Part shown: piece by piece, positions 24,798 through 37,060 of the stretch
How positions within the stretch are numbered: the first letter of the stretch is position 1
Layout of the letters: each line of letters begins with the position of its first letter
Assembly (NCBI RefSeq): GCF_004010195.1
Contig: NC_057719.1
Location: 57,330,246-57,394,245, forward strand
DNA length: 64,000 bases
Direction of reading: 5' to 3'
From: Chiloscyllium plagiosum
Lineage: Eukaryota
The notes under the pieces: model-generated
What the model was told of the DNA's origin: nothing
The model's database searches: none
What the model saw: only the letters and a program-made list of their open reading frames with translations
Position numbers and translations under genes: made by a program

Positions 24798-25394
24798 AAA
24801 TGAACCTTCCAGCTCAGTGAGCAAACCTACATCCAAACTCTCAACCTGAGCTACAAATCTTCTCAAAACACGTCAGCAGGGTGGTGGCTACAGGATCAGG
24901 ATTTCTGCCAGCGGTGGCACTGCGTGGAGCTTGGACTCTTGGTGACGGTTGGCCTGGAGGCTAGATTCCCTGCAGGTTACAGTGTCCAGAGTGGGAGCTC
25001 CTGGCAGTGGTAGGCTGGAGTTTGGACTCCCAGTGGATAACAGTGTCCAGAGTGGGGGCTCCTAGCATTGGTAGGCCTGGAGTCTGGACTCCCACTGAGT
25101 AACAGTGTCCAGTGAATGTCAATGGGCTGTGGTTAGATTGTCTTTCATTGGTGATGATCATAGCTTGGCATTTGTGTGGTGTAACTTTACTTGCTACTTG
25201 TCACCCCAAACCTGGATATGTCTAGATATTGTTGCATTTGAACATGGATTGCTTCAGTAGCTGAGGCGTCACAAATGGTGCTGAATATTGTGCAACCATT
25301 GGCGAGCAACCCCACTTCTGACCTTATGATGGAGGTAATGCCATTGATGAAGCAGCTTAAAGTGGTAGGGCCCAGGACACTACCCTGAGGAAAT

Positions 25395-25707
25395 TAGATT
25401 AGATTACTTACAGTGTGGAAACAGGCCCTTCGGCCCAACAAGTCCACACTGCCCCGCCGAAGCGCAACCCACCCGTACCCCTACATTTTACCCCTTACCT
25501 AACACTACGGGCAATTTAGCATGGCCAATTCACCTGATCTGCACATCTTTGGACTGTGGGAGGAAACCGGAGCACCCGGAGGAAATCCACGCAGACACGG
25601 GGAGAACGTGCAAACTCCACACAGTCAGTCGCCTGAGGCAGGAATTGAACCCGGGTCTCTAGCGCTGTGAGGCAGCAGTGCTAACCACTGTGCCACCGTG
25701 CCGCCCC
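25395..25707 (-). mobile_element. HE1-type V-SINE, young full-length copy
   Basis: Near-identical reverse complement of 36198-36516; (AATCT)n tail. Confidence 0.95.
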
Positions 25708-25980
25708 AAATCCTGCAGAGATGTTCTGGAACTGAGATGACTGACCTCCAGCAACCACAACCATCTTCCTACATGTCAGGTATGACTCCAACCACTGGAG
25801 AGTTTGTCCTCTGATATTCATTGATTCCAGTTTAGCTGGGGCTCTTTGATGCCATACTCAGTCGAATGTGGCCATGATATCAAGGGCTGTCACTCTCACC
25901 TCAGCTCTGGAAGTCAGCTCTTTTGTCCATTTTTGAACCAAGGCTGTACTGAGGTCAATAGCTGAGTGGCCGTGGCAGAA

Positions 25981-26238
25981 CACCCTGTCTGCCTGTGATG
26001 CAACTATAACCCTGAACTCCTTGGGCCTCTCTATTCAACAACACTCCCCAGGGCCCGATCATTTACTATGTAAGTTTTTCCCTTGTTTGTCTTATTGAAA
26101 TGCAACAACTTGCATTTATCCAAATTAAATTCCATCTGCCGTTTCTCAGCCCTTTGGTCCAATTGATCAAGAATGTCTTTGTAATCTGAGATAATCTTCC
26201 TCACTGTCTACTATACCACCAATTTTGATGTCATCCGC
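25981..26238. repeat. 258-bp direct copy of 21818-22075
   Basis: About 5 substitutions and no indels between the two segments by eye. Confidence 0.92.
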
Positions 26239-28084
26239 TGCTAATAGCACAGTTGATGACACCTTCCATCTTGACTGATGATCACGAGTAGACAGGTGGA
26301 GTGGTAATTTGTTGGTAATTTTCCACTTTGCCCGGTCAATGCCAGTGTACTGAAGAGCTTGGCTATGGGATTAGCAAATTCTGGAGCACAAGTCTTCAGA
26401 ATATTTTCAGGGATTATATGCTTTGCATTATCCAATGTCTCCAACCATTTCTTGATATCACATGGAGTGAAATGAATTGGCTGTGACTGGTATCTGCAAT
26501 GCTGAGGATCATTGGAGGAGTCCAAGAATGCAGAAGACTGCTGGAAATGCTTCAGCCTTAGCTTTGCACTGATGTGTTGGGCTCTTGTATCATTGAAGCT
26601 GGGGATATTTGTGGAGTCACTTCTTCAAGTGAGTTGTTTAATTGTCCATCACAATTCATAACTAAATGTGGCAGGGCTGCAGAGCTGTTGAATGTGGGAT
26701 AGCTTAGCTCTGTCTATTACTTGCTGCTCATGCCGCTTGGTTTGCAAGCAATCCTGTTTGGTAGCTTCACCAGATTGACAGCTTACTTTCAGGTATGTGT
26801 GGTACTGTTCCTTGCATGCCCTTATGCACTCTCCATTGAAGCAGGGTTGATCCCCTGGGTTGATGGTAATGGTTGGGGGATGTGCTGGTCCATGACGTTA
26901 AAGATTGTGCTGGATTACAATTCTGCTGTTGAAGGCCCACAGCATCCCATGGATGCCCAGTCTTGAGTTGCTGGATCTGATCAAAATCTGTCCCATTTAG
27001 CACGGTGACAGAGCCACACAACACAATGGAGGTTATTCTCAATGTGAAGGCAGGACTTCATCTCCACAAGTATTGTGCAGTGGTCACTCTTACTGATATT
27101 ATAATGGACAGTTGCATCTGCAGCTGGCAGATTGGTAAGGATCAGTTTGAACTTTTCCCTCTTATTGGTTTCCTCACCAGATTCCTCAAACCCAGTCTCA
27201 CAGCTATGTCCTTTAGGACCTGACCAGCTCAATCAGTAGTGCTGCTGCTGAGCCACTCTTGGTGGTGAACATTGAAATCCATCACCCTGAGCACACATTT
27301 TGCTCTTGCCACCTTCAGTGCATCTTCCAAGTGTTGTTCAACATGGAGGAGCACTGATTCATCAAAATGGGAGGATGGTACGTGGTAATCAGCAGGAGGT
27401 TTCCTTGTCTATGTTTAATCTGAAGCCATGAAACTTCATGGTGTCCAGCGTCAATGTGGACGACTCCCAGGGCAACTCCCTCCTGACTGTAAACCACTGT
27501 GTCACCACTTCTACTGGGTCTGTCCTGCCAGTGGGACAGGACATATCCAGGGATAGCAATGGTGGTGGCTGCGACATTGTCTGTAGGTATGATTCTGTGA
27601 GTATGTCAGGCTGTTGCTTGACCAGTCTGAGAGACAGCTCTCTCAGTTTTGGCACCAGCCCCCAGATCTTAGTAAGGAGGACTTTGCAGGTTCGACAGAG
27701 CTGTTTCTGTCAATGTGTTTTCAGATGCCAGGTGATCAATTTGGTTTCATTTCTTTGTTGAAAGTTTCTAGTAAGTGATGCACCTGAATGGCTTGCTCAG
27801 TCATTTCAGAGGGCAATTGAGAGTGAACCACACCGTTGTGAGTCTGAGTCACATGTAGGCCAGACCAGGGGCAGATGGCAGATTTCCTTCCCTGAAGGTA
27901 GGACATTAGTGAGCCAGTTTGATTCTTCAAACAATTGACAACAGTTTTGTTGTCATCAGCAAATTTTTAATTCCAGATATTTTAGCATAGCAGGATTTGA
28001 ATGCAGGTCTCCGGAACATTAGCTGAATTGCTGGACTACTAGTTGAGTGATAATACCACTACGAAACCACCTCATCTTGTTAGT

Positions 28085-29010
28085 GAGGGCTAACAAGTGT
28101 GCTATACAAGTTAAACATTACCTCCTTGCTCATTTACTCTATGCCCCTATTAATAAATCCAAGAACACTGTGTTCTTTATTTACTACTCTCTCTACCTCT
28201 TTGACCACCCTCAATGATCTACGCATATATGCACCAACTGCATCCACTCCTTTAGAATTGTACCACTCATTTCATATTATCTTTCAATGTTTTCCAACCA
28301 AAGTCATCACTTTTCTGCATTCAATCTTACCTGCCACCTATCCACCACTCCACCAAGTTGACAATGTCCTTTTCAAGTTCTACATTATCTTCCTCACAAG
28401 TTGCAATTCTTCCAAGTTTATCGTATTTGCAAATTTGTAAATTGCCCCCTGTTCACCAAGATCCATATTATTCATATATATCAGAAAAAACAAGTGTTCC
28501 AGTACTGACCTCTGGGATCTCTGTTTCCTATCCTTCTGCAAAATGTGCACCCACTTTGCCACTGTCCCTTTTATATTATGATTTGCAACTTTCCTCACAA
28601 GTTTTTTGTGAGGCACTATATGAAATGCCTTCCAGAAATCCATGTATACCACCTCATAAGCATTACCATCATCAATCTTTTCAAAATCTCTTCAAAAATT
28701 CCAACACATTAATTAAACACCATGTCCCCTTTAGAAATCCAAACTGGCTGTTCCTAATTAGTGCACCTATTCCAGGTGACTACTGACTCTATCCCATATA
28801 ATTGAATTCCAAAAGACTTCCCACTACTGACATTGAACTAACTGATCTGTCATTACCAGGATTAGCTTTCCAACTCACTTTGAACAAGGCCTAATGCTGA
28901 AAGTTCTGCAGTCTTTTGACACTTCCCTGGAGTCCAGGGAAAACTAAACTATTATGGCCAGTTCCTGCAATTTTTACCCTCACTTTCTTCAAAATCATTG
29001 GTTGCATCCT
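28085..29010 (-). mobile_element. Old CR1 RT remnant
   Basis: ORF 28380-28652 VYMDFWKAFHIVPHKKL..KFANTINL. Confidence 0.8.
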
Positions 29011-30129
29011 TGTTATGCAGGCTTGGAATAGCAGGCTTTTGCCTGGAAATGGATTCATGCCAAAAATGGAGTGATGAAGTTGTGTGGGCTTTTTGTTACT
29101 TTCATGCTGATTTGGAAGAAAATTGCAGAATTGACTGATATCTACATATAGGTAAGCTTTTTTTTGTAAAAATGAAGAAAACTTTGGTTTAGTGCTTTTA
29201 ACATATATTCAATTCTAGAAGTGCTATGAACTGTCCTCTGAGGACCACCTAACTGCCACTTTTCTCTAAACGAGATTAGCAGCAACCTCCCATGTTCATT
29301 TTTCTTTCTTGTTAAAGAGCAGGAGTGAGGTAGAATACATACTATGCTTTAGTACAAATTTGTAGCCTTTAGCTTTCATTATAATTGTTCAGCTCTGAAT
29401 TCAGATTGTTAGGGAAACGTTGTTTTGACAACTGCCACAATGCTGTCATGTTTTCAGATTTTAGTGTCCACTTACTGCCACTAACTAGCTGTTATGACTA
29501 ACTTTTAGTACTGATGTGCTGTCATCATGATGCTGTTTGTGGTTTTCTTTTTAGGTTGGTACGTATAGCATATACCACAGATTGTCAGTTATTCTCAAGT
29601 CAGTAGCTTATTTCCAACTCAAACAATTAACAAAGCTATGATAGCCAAGACTTACAAACATAGTCTGGGACTTATACTCGCTGATGTTACTGTACATTAC
29701 ACACTCATACAGATGACTGACTACACTGACTCCATGACTTAGAGAGATTGTAGATGAGATGGATTCTTTTATACTGCAACACCACATGTCATGATGTCAT
29801 GTAGCTGGTTTGGCATCTATGCCATAATACAACAGACATGAGAAATGCGACATAAAAGCAATTCTTTCATTTTAACTGAAGTATAAATGACTGGGAATCA
29901 CCATAACATTCTGGGGTAACCATTGATCAGAAACCTAATTAAACAAGACATGAATACTATGCCCACAACAGGAAGTCAGAGGCTGATAATTCTACAGTGA
30001 ATAACTCATCTCTTGACTCCTTAAAACTTGTAAACCATCTACAAGGCAATGATACCATGAGTGTTATAACTTGCATGGATCGGTACATGACCAAGTATGC
30101 TTAAGAGTTGTATCAAGCAGATTGAAAAG

Positions 30130-31372
30130 TGAAAGAACTCCTCGAAGACTTGTATCCTGTCACCAAGTCATTCTTTATTGATGTGTGGAGAATCCTCAAC
30201 ACTGATCCAGGTTCCTCAGAGCTAGCTCTCAGAGTGAGCAGAATTCCTGACACTCCTGTTTATCTTTTTTTTACCCCTGTTCTTTTTTTTCCTTTTCCCC
30301 CACACCACCGCCTAACTGCGGTAGTGCTTATTTTCCCCAGCACCCATGTTGTGCATGTGCAGATGTGAGACACAGTGAGAGACACAAAGTGCACAAATCT
30401 TTTTTTGGTTTCCACCACCAGGAAGAAAGGAAACACCCGAGTGACCAGTGACAAGCAGTGCCCTTCACATCGAAGGGCAGTGCTGTGTGATCAAACAGTA
30501 AAGGGGAGGGCAGGGATTAAATCAAAATAGAGTTGGAGGGGGAAATGATGCACTCCACTCCCTGCGGCGCCCACCTCTCCCTGAACAACTCCAGGGTGTC
30601 AGTGGATACCGCGTGCTCCTTCTCCAAGGACACCCAGGCTCTAAAGTAATCGCGGAAGAGGGGCAGGCAGTCGGCCCTAACAACCCCCTCCACGGCGCGC
30701 TGCCTTGACCTGTTTATGGCCAGTTTGGCCAGGCCCAGGAGCAGACCCACGAGGAGGTCTTCAGACCTGCCCTCCTTCCTCCGTACCGGGTGCCCAAAGA
30801 TCAGGAGCGTGGGACTGAAATGCAATCAAAAGCAGAGGAGGAGGTTTTTCAGAAAATCAAAAAGGGAGTGCAAACGCCCACACCCAATATACACGTGGTC
30901 CACGGACTCCACAGCGCCACAGAACAAGCAGTTGGTCTGGGAGTCCATGAACCACCGCAATCTGCAATTGCAGGGGACTGTTGCATGCAGCACCCTCCAC
31001 CCCAGATCCCCGGGAGAAAGGGGGAGGACTCCCGCGTAGAGAGCCCTCCACTGGGGATCCCCACCGCCCGGTGGCAAATGGGCACACCAAGGCGTGTCCG
31101 GACGGTGGATGAGGGAGAAGAAGAGGTGGACGGTGTGCAGCTGCAGTCTATATAGGGCCCTCCTTTTTACCCCCAGAAAGGGAACAAAATGAAAATTCCG
31201 GAGGCGGCTCAGGTTGTGGGGAACTGGCTCCCGCGGGAAGTACGGGACCTTGGGGCGACACGCCTGTTTATAATTGTCAGCCAGGATTCCTGATTGGACC
31301 AGATTAACAGCTCCAGTCAGTGAACTCATATTATATGAGGTCCACCTGGCTGACTTCATTAAAATCATTGCA
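30130..31372 (-). mobile_element. Solo LTR of the Gypsy family at 37901-42492, interrupted by a Tx1/L1 insertion
   Basis: TGAAAGAACTC..GTATCCTGTCACCAAGTCA..CACCTGGCTGAC..ATCATTGCA aligns to both provirus LTRs; 5-bp TSD AAAAG (30125-30129, 31373-31377). Confidence 0.88.
30264..31256 (-). mobile_element. 5'-truncated Tx1/L1-clade LINE (ORF2 C-terminal zinc finger, 3' UTR, poly-A)
   Basis: DLGWRVLH..CLFCGAVESVDHVYIGC and LLLGLAKLAINRSR..FRERWAPQG; 15-bp TSD GACAC(T/G)CCTGTTTAT (30249-30263, 31257-31271); CpG-rich. Confidence 0.9.
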
Positions 31373-32222
31373 AAAAGGACAAGATCATGTAGATCTTACT
31401 CTCTTCACTGGGAACAGCTAATTTTTTTATGTATTAATAGTGTTGACTTGAGTTTTCAGAGCATGAGGCACATGACATGAAATCCAGAAAGACAATTAAC
31501 AATGCAAAAGATTATTATATGCTTCAGGAAGTCATGACTGCATAATAATTCTGGTTGACATTACCATTGGACAATTAGACCCCAGACTGAAACCTTGTTT
31601 ATTAGATTATATTTCGTTTTGTTTTGGTTTAACAAGATGGTCTCTGTCTGAAGCATAAGCACAATGTTGCAAATTTTGTTTACTAAAGTTTGTTTACTAC
31701 TGAAGTTTACTAACCAAAAGAAGGAAAGATAAAATAGAATAAGTCACACAAATTCAAAGATTTATTGAACACACAATAAAAATACAATCCCATTAATCCC
31801 AAATGCTACTTCAAAAGTTACAAAAAACCCCATACTATTCCTTGTATAGTATCCAAAAGAACTCCGTTTACAAAACTCATGTCAGAGAAAATAATTATTT
31901 TCCTAACCCAATAGGCTCATGTTAAAAATGACTTCAACTCTTAGACTGAAAACACTGATAGTTCTTTCTGGAGCTTAAATGTACTCAACTTCGAGTGACT
32001 GCTTCAGCATTTTATCCGAACACTTCTGGTACTATCACTAACCCCTTACTCTCAGTTAATCTAGCTTTACTCTGTTCTCCCCTTGTCAGGAACACTGCTC
32101 TTTCACAACTATCTTCATCCAAGGACTTCACAGAATTGTCCAAAACAATGTAAAACTGAAAAGAAAATCTCTCTCTCTCTAACCTATGGGTGCTTGTCTG
32201 ATGTTTAAAAAAAAAGTCATCA

Positions 32223-32416
32223 GTCACACAACGTCAGGTTATAGGCCAACAGGTTTTTTTTCAAATCATAAGCTCTCAGAGGGTGGGTCCTTCATCAAGT
32301 GAAGGAGCAGCGCTGTGAAAGCTTGTGATTTCAAATAAACCTGTTGGACTATAACCTGGTGTTGTGTGACTTCTGACCGTGCCCAACCCAGTCCAACACC
32401 AGCACCTCCACATCAT
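32223..32416 (+). mobile_element. Fold-back PLE-terminus insertion (family C) with decayed hammerhead motifs
   Basis: Arms 32223-32299 / 32300-32370 are inverted; TGAAGGAGCAGCGCTGTGAAAGCTT on +; related to 42152-42302, 49462-49525 and 21321-21370. Confidence 0.7.
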
Positions 32417-32429
32417 ACAAAGAAGGGCC

Positions 32430-32550
32430 GAAGGCATCTTGTTGCACAGGAATAATAACCCTATCTCTGGACCAGCATGCCTAGGTTTAAGTCCCACCTG
32501 CTCCAGAGGTGTGTCATTATATCTCTGATCAGGTTGATTAAAATATCTTT
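32430..32550 (+). mobile_element. Short decayed tRNA-derived SINE
   Basis: B-box-like GGTTTAAGTCCC preceded by a degenerate A-box; short A-rich end. Confidence 0.4.
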
Positions 32551-32789
32551 AAAAATCCCTGCATTTCTAATAGACCTTAAAGCACCTTGCTCAAGTGTAA
32601 ATCAGAAAGATAAACAGGAACCATTAATGCTGTCAAAGAAGCTCTGACAAACTATTTTAAAAGAAATCCCCATAAATACAGAAATAATTACAAGTTAAAT
32701 ATTAACTTCAGGTGCACTAATCCAAAATTTGAAACACCCAAATTTAAAATAAATGATTTAAAAATATATTACAATATTTTTATTTCAAC

Positions 32790-33500
32790 TGATAAAATGT
32801 GAAAACATATGACAGATGTGATTTAATGCATAGAAGTGTGAATTAATGCATTCTAGTGGGAAGAATGAGAACAATCAATATGAAACTGAGATGCAAGAAC
32901 AGAGGAACCAGAGGTTTATGCACAGATAGCTTTGAGGGTGACATCTTTGTCTTTTAAAAAAAATGGAGCCATGGAATACAAAAGCGAGAGGCTTATGCTG
33001 AATTTTCATAAATTATTGATTTGGTTCTAAGTCGAGCATCTGGACTTGACACAGGATGTGAACGTTTTAGAGAAGGGCTATGGAGATTTGCTACAGTAAC
33101 ATCAGGAATGTAAGATTTACGTGGAGGCACAAGGGAAGCTGGAATTGGTGTCCACAGAACAGAGAAGGTTAAGGGGAGATTTGTTGGAAGTGTTCGAGAT
33201 CAGGAAGTGCACTGATACAGTAAATAAGGAGACATTGTTCCCTGTGGTGGCAGGTTTGGAAACCAGAGGACACAAATATAAACTAATTGTCTAAACAACA
33301 TAAGGAGGATGTATGCAGTTATGATCTGATGATCTGAAAAGTGCTGCTGGTCGGAGTGGTGGAAGCAGAAACAATAATAATTTTTGAAATGGAATCAGAC
33401 AACTTGAAGGGGAAAATAATTGCAAAAACAATAGGAAATATGCAGGGAAATGGAACTAATTAAATATCTCTTTCATAAAGCTACCACATGAACATGGCCT
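32790..33500 (+). mobile_element. Ancient CR1 3' remnant
   Basis: AGAGAAGGTTAAGGGGAGATTTG (RRLRGDL) and AACCAGAGGACACAAATATAA (TRGH) remnants. Confidence 0.7.
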
Positions 33501-34447
33501 TTTATAAGTTAATTAGCCTCATCACAATCTATACATTTCAATAGTGATTAAATTAATATTAAACAAAAATCCAAACTAAGCCCTAAGAATTCTGCTATGA
33601 ACTAAGATACAATTCCCAGGAGCTAATTTTATGTTCTACCCCCAGCACTATGCAAGTGCAGACCTCTAAGGGAATGTGTGCAGTCCCAGGTAACAGTGGT
33701 CCATATTATATTAAGACATCAATAATTGAACATTTTGTGACAATAGTATCAGCAAATTTAGTTTACTAACCCGTCATCATATAAGGCAATTTGCATTCTA
33801 TTGCTGAATCCGACAAAGTTAACTGTAGAGCACTCATTTCATGTTATGTATTTTTCAGCTTTTGCCTTCTCTGCTCATCGCTAAAAAAACATTCACGCTC
33901 TTATTCATTCTCAGTCTGTCTTTGTAATCAGACTTCAGCTGCCTGTATTTGTGGCTCTGCCTGTCATCTAAAGCCCTGCTGAAGAGTTTCTTTAATTAAC
34001 CATTATGCCACAGATGTTATTGATTTTTTTCAAATGTAGTTGAAACATCGTTCTGTTGGATAATAGCCAATATCAAGGCATGAATTCTTTGTGCTCAGCT
34101 TTATCTCCTGAGTGCCAACATAGAAACGTAGTATTGAACAGCAAGAACTGTAAAGTGTAACTGTTACAGAATCTATGACATTGATTTTTGAAGCTGTCAA
34201 CAAGATGGTCTCTTAATTTGGAATTTCAAAAATGTTTGCTACAGCACGTTTCACAGGAGTGAGTTTTTTAAATACGGGATTTGAAAAATGTGCAGTTGTT
34301 TAATCAGGGGCAGAAACCTTGCTTGAGCACATTTCATGACTCACAAACCAAATTCATGAGCATTGATCCCAGTTAGACCAAGGACAACCACTAGATTTTA
34401 AGGTAATTCTTTTACAATCCTTTCTCTAACTTTAACTTTTCTAATGT

Positions 34448-35350
34448 AGAGTCATAGAGTCATAGAGATGTACAACATGGAAACAGACCCTTCGGTCCAA
34501 CCCGTCCATGCTGACCAGATATCCCAATCCAATCTAGTCCCACCTGACAGCGCCCGGCCCATATCCCTCCAAACCCTTCCTATTCATATACCCATCCAAA
34601 TGCCTCTTAAATGTTGCAATTGTACCAGCCTCCACCACATCCTCTGGCAGCTCATCCCATACACATATAATCCTCTGCATGAAANNNNNNNNNNNNNNNN
34701 NNNNNNNNNNNNNNNNNNNNNNNNNNNNNNNNNNNNNNNNNNNNNNNNNNNNNNNNNNNNNNCTTTCAAGTTTCACAACATCTTTCCGATGGAAAGGACC
34801 AGAATTGCACGCAATATTCCAACAGTGGCCTAACCAATGTCCTGTACAGCCGCAACATGACCTCCCAACTCCTGTACTCAATACTCTGACCAATAAAGGA
34901 AAGCATACCAAACGCCTTCTTCACTGTCCTATCTCCCTGCGACTCCACTTGCAAGGAGCTATGAACCTGCACTCCAAGGTCTCTTTGTTCAGCAACACCC
35001 CCTAGGACCTTACCATTAAGTGTATAAGTCCTGCTTTCCCACCTCGCATTTATCTGAATTAAACTCCATCTGCCACTTCTCAGCCCATTGGCCCATCTGG
35101 TCCAGATCCTGTTGTAATCTGAGGTAACCCTCTTCGTTGTCCACTACATCTCCAATTTTGGTGTCATCTGCAAACTTACTAACTGTACCTCTTATGCTCA
35201 CATCCAAATCATTTATGTAAATGACAAAAAGTAGAGGGCCCAGCACCGATCCTTGTGGCACTCCACTGGTCATAGGCCTCTAGTCTGAAAAACAACCCTC
35301 TACCACCACCCTCTGTCTTCTACCTTTGAGCCAGTTCTGTATCCAAATCT
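34448..35350 (-). mobile_element. Young CR1 (HER1-like) RT C-terminus and 3' end
   Basis: [32 protein letters not shown]; tail (AGAGTCAT)n on +. Confidence 0.95.
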
Positions 35351-36197
35351 ACATTCTGGCTTTCTAAAAATTCCTTATTGCACAGTACTATTTTTCTAAT
35401 TGAAAAATTGGAAATTTCTTTCTAAAATTACGGTATAAGTGTCAAACATTTTGCTGTAACCTGTGGTGACAGCACTGAAAGTAGTAATGAACCTTTTGTT
35501 TTTCTCTGCATGAATAACGTTTACTGAAGTTACATATTGTACAAAATTCTTTTGCATTATTCGGCGTATTTTCAGACCCGAAATGCTGTCTATGCACTCT
35601 ACTGGTGTAGGCCATGTCTGATGCCATTTTCAGTAGGTTATTCATGTGGGCACTGGGAGCCTGTGCCCATGATGTGCAAAGTAGATTCTGGGGTCAGTTC
35701 AGCTTTTAGTGCTGATTTGACCCTAGCAATGCCCTTTACAATATAAATGCTTCAACACAGTCAAACATGTGTTAAACATCAGGGCTATCAAAAGGGATCA
35801 TCCACTATTTTCAGGTTCGATGCTGATTGATTATTATTTTTTTTACTAGCTGTTGCTGAGTTAGAAGAAGTATTTGGATGATTGCACTGCAAGGCAGGAA
35901 AAACAGAACATCTCTCAGTTGAAGACCATTCACAACCAGGGTCTTCAGGAAACAATTCTCCAACCTCTATCTAAGTGTGGGAGAAATGGCTGTGATGGCC
36001 CTGCTTCACCAAAGAGTTGCCCACTGAACCCTGCCAGCTGTGATATACACAAATGCAGTCTCTCACATGGGAAGTACAGTATTGTCGGTGTCCATAGTCA
36101 TAGCCATGATATACTTTGGGTTTGACTCCTTTTAGGCTTGATCAGGTGACATTTCCAACATCTCTCGATTCACCCTCCCCACTTGTATGCCTAGTAA

Positions 36198-36516
36198 GGG
36201 CGGCACGGTGGCACAGTGGTTAGCACTGCTGCCTCACAGCGCCAGAGACCCGGGTTCAATTCTCGCCTCAGGCGACTGACTGTGTGGAGTTTGCACGTTC
36301 TCCCCGTGTCTGCGTGGGTTTCCTCCGGGTGCTCCGGTTTCCTCCCACAGTCCAAAGATGTGCAGGTTAGGTGAATTGGCCATGCTAAATTGCCCGTAGT
36401 TTTAGGTGAAGGGGTAAATGTAGGGATATGGGTGGGTTGTGCTTCGGCGGGTCGGTGTGGACTTGTTGGGCCGAAAGGCCTGGTTTCCACACTGTAAGTA
36501 ATCTAATCTAATCTAA
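36198..36516 (+). mobile_element. HE1-type V-SINE, young full-length copy
   Basis: A-box TGGCACAGTGG, B-box GGTTCAATTC, V-domain GGGTTTCCTCCGGGTGCTCCGGTTTCCTCCCAC, CR1-like 3' tail, (AATCT)n. Confidence 0.95.
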
Positions 36517-36619
36517 AAGGGAAAATCGATGCTTTCTTTGTTCCAAGCAAAAAAGAGGTTGAATGAGCTTTACCATGGTCAATGACTACTGTGTGGTTGA
36601 CATGTAAATTTAGAATGTA

Positions 36620-37060
36620 CCTCAACCAGACAGAGTTCCACTCCCTCATTGCCTGGCTGATGTATGACTTAATCAGAGCACCATGTCCAAATCTCAGCAA
36701 TAATAATGATGCTGTGCTAGACTGCTGTACCACTAATGTTTTATTCATCATGAGAAACTAGGAGGTACCTACTGGGTGACAATGGCCATTGCTGACCACA
36801 TGACTAATGACTCCAAAGTGCAACCAAAGCACATGAGTAGCATGATTATAATTGAAAGCCGTTCTCGCACACAAAATGTCATTGTACAGATCAGTGCTTC
36901 CACGGCCAGACTTGTTCTGGAGAACTCCAGCAGATCACACCAAAGTGTGTGCCATCAGAGTCTGCTGCAGCCTGCACAATCTGGCCAACATGAGAGAGCA
37001 ACATTTACTTGTAAATGTTCAGCAAGCAGCTGAGGAAGAGAGGAGGAAGATGAGTAAGAG
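36620..37060 (+). mobile_element. Decayed PIF/Harbinger DDE transposase, C-terminal half
   Basis: In order: FHSLIAWLMYD (cf. FHSLNVQLVCD), LLGDNG..LMTP (cf. LLGDKGY..WLMTP), KVCAIRVCCSLHNLA, acidic tail. Confidence 0.7.

Larger units (their letters stand above)
23069..24872 (+). mobile_element. Penelope-like element family B, 3' part (RT thumb/linker, GIY-YIG endonuclease, terminus)
   Basis: ORF 24244-24780 NVIYKIPCKDCNKHYIGQTGRKLAIRIHEH..REFLEAWH; degenerate 15-bp TSD TCAACAGGGCGGTGG / TCAGCAGGGTGGTGG (23054-23068, 24873-24887). Confidence 0.92.
22945..25112 (+). mobile_element. Unclassified GC-rich element, interrupted by PLEs, with a ~61-62-bp tandem repeat (24950-25112)
   Basis: Sequence continues across the PLE TSD; ACAGTGTCCAG recurs at 24979, 25040 and 25102. 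Confidence 0.45.
25113..28073 (-). mobile_element. Second LINE family, longest copy: tRNA-like head, endonuclease, RT (decayed)
   Basis: PKLRELSLRLVKQQPDILTESYL and LLLITTYHPP (APE endonuclease); SDHCTILV; PENILKTCAPEFANPIAKLF; QGSVLGP region ~25365-25390; degenerate A/B boxes at 28056-28066 and 27993-28004. Confidence 0.8.

Noticed and set aside
24950..25112. Repeats with spacer-like intervals suggesting a CRISPR array
   Set aside because: Whole 61-62-bp units are homologous (tandem repeat), the context is eukaryotic and no cas genes are present
29021..29151. Exon candidate CAG|...TAG|GTAAGC
   Set aside because: All three frames contain stops and the acceptor derives from a CR1 remnant edge; a non-coding exon cannot be excluded
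29490..29834. Possible solo LTR (TGTTATG...ACAACA); similar LTR-like stretch at ~31557-32772
   Set aside because: No matching TSD or second copy in the window
36198..36270. tRNA gene
   Set aside because: The A/B boxes belong to a SINE head and continue into the V-domain and LINE-like tail
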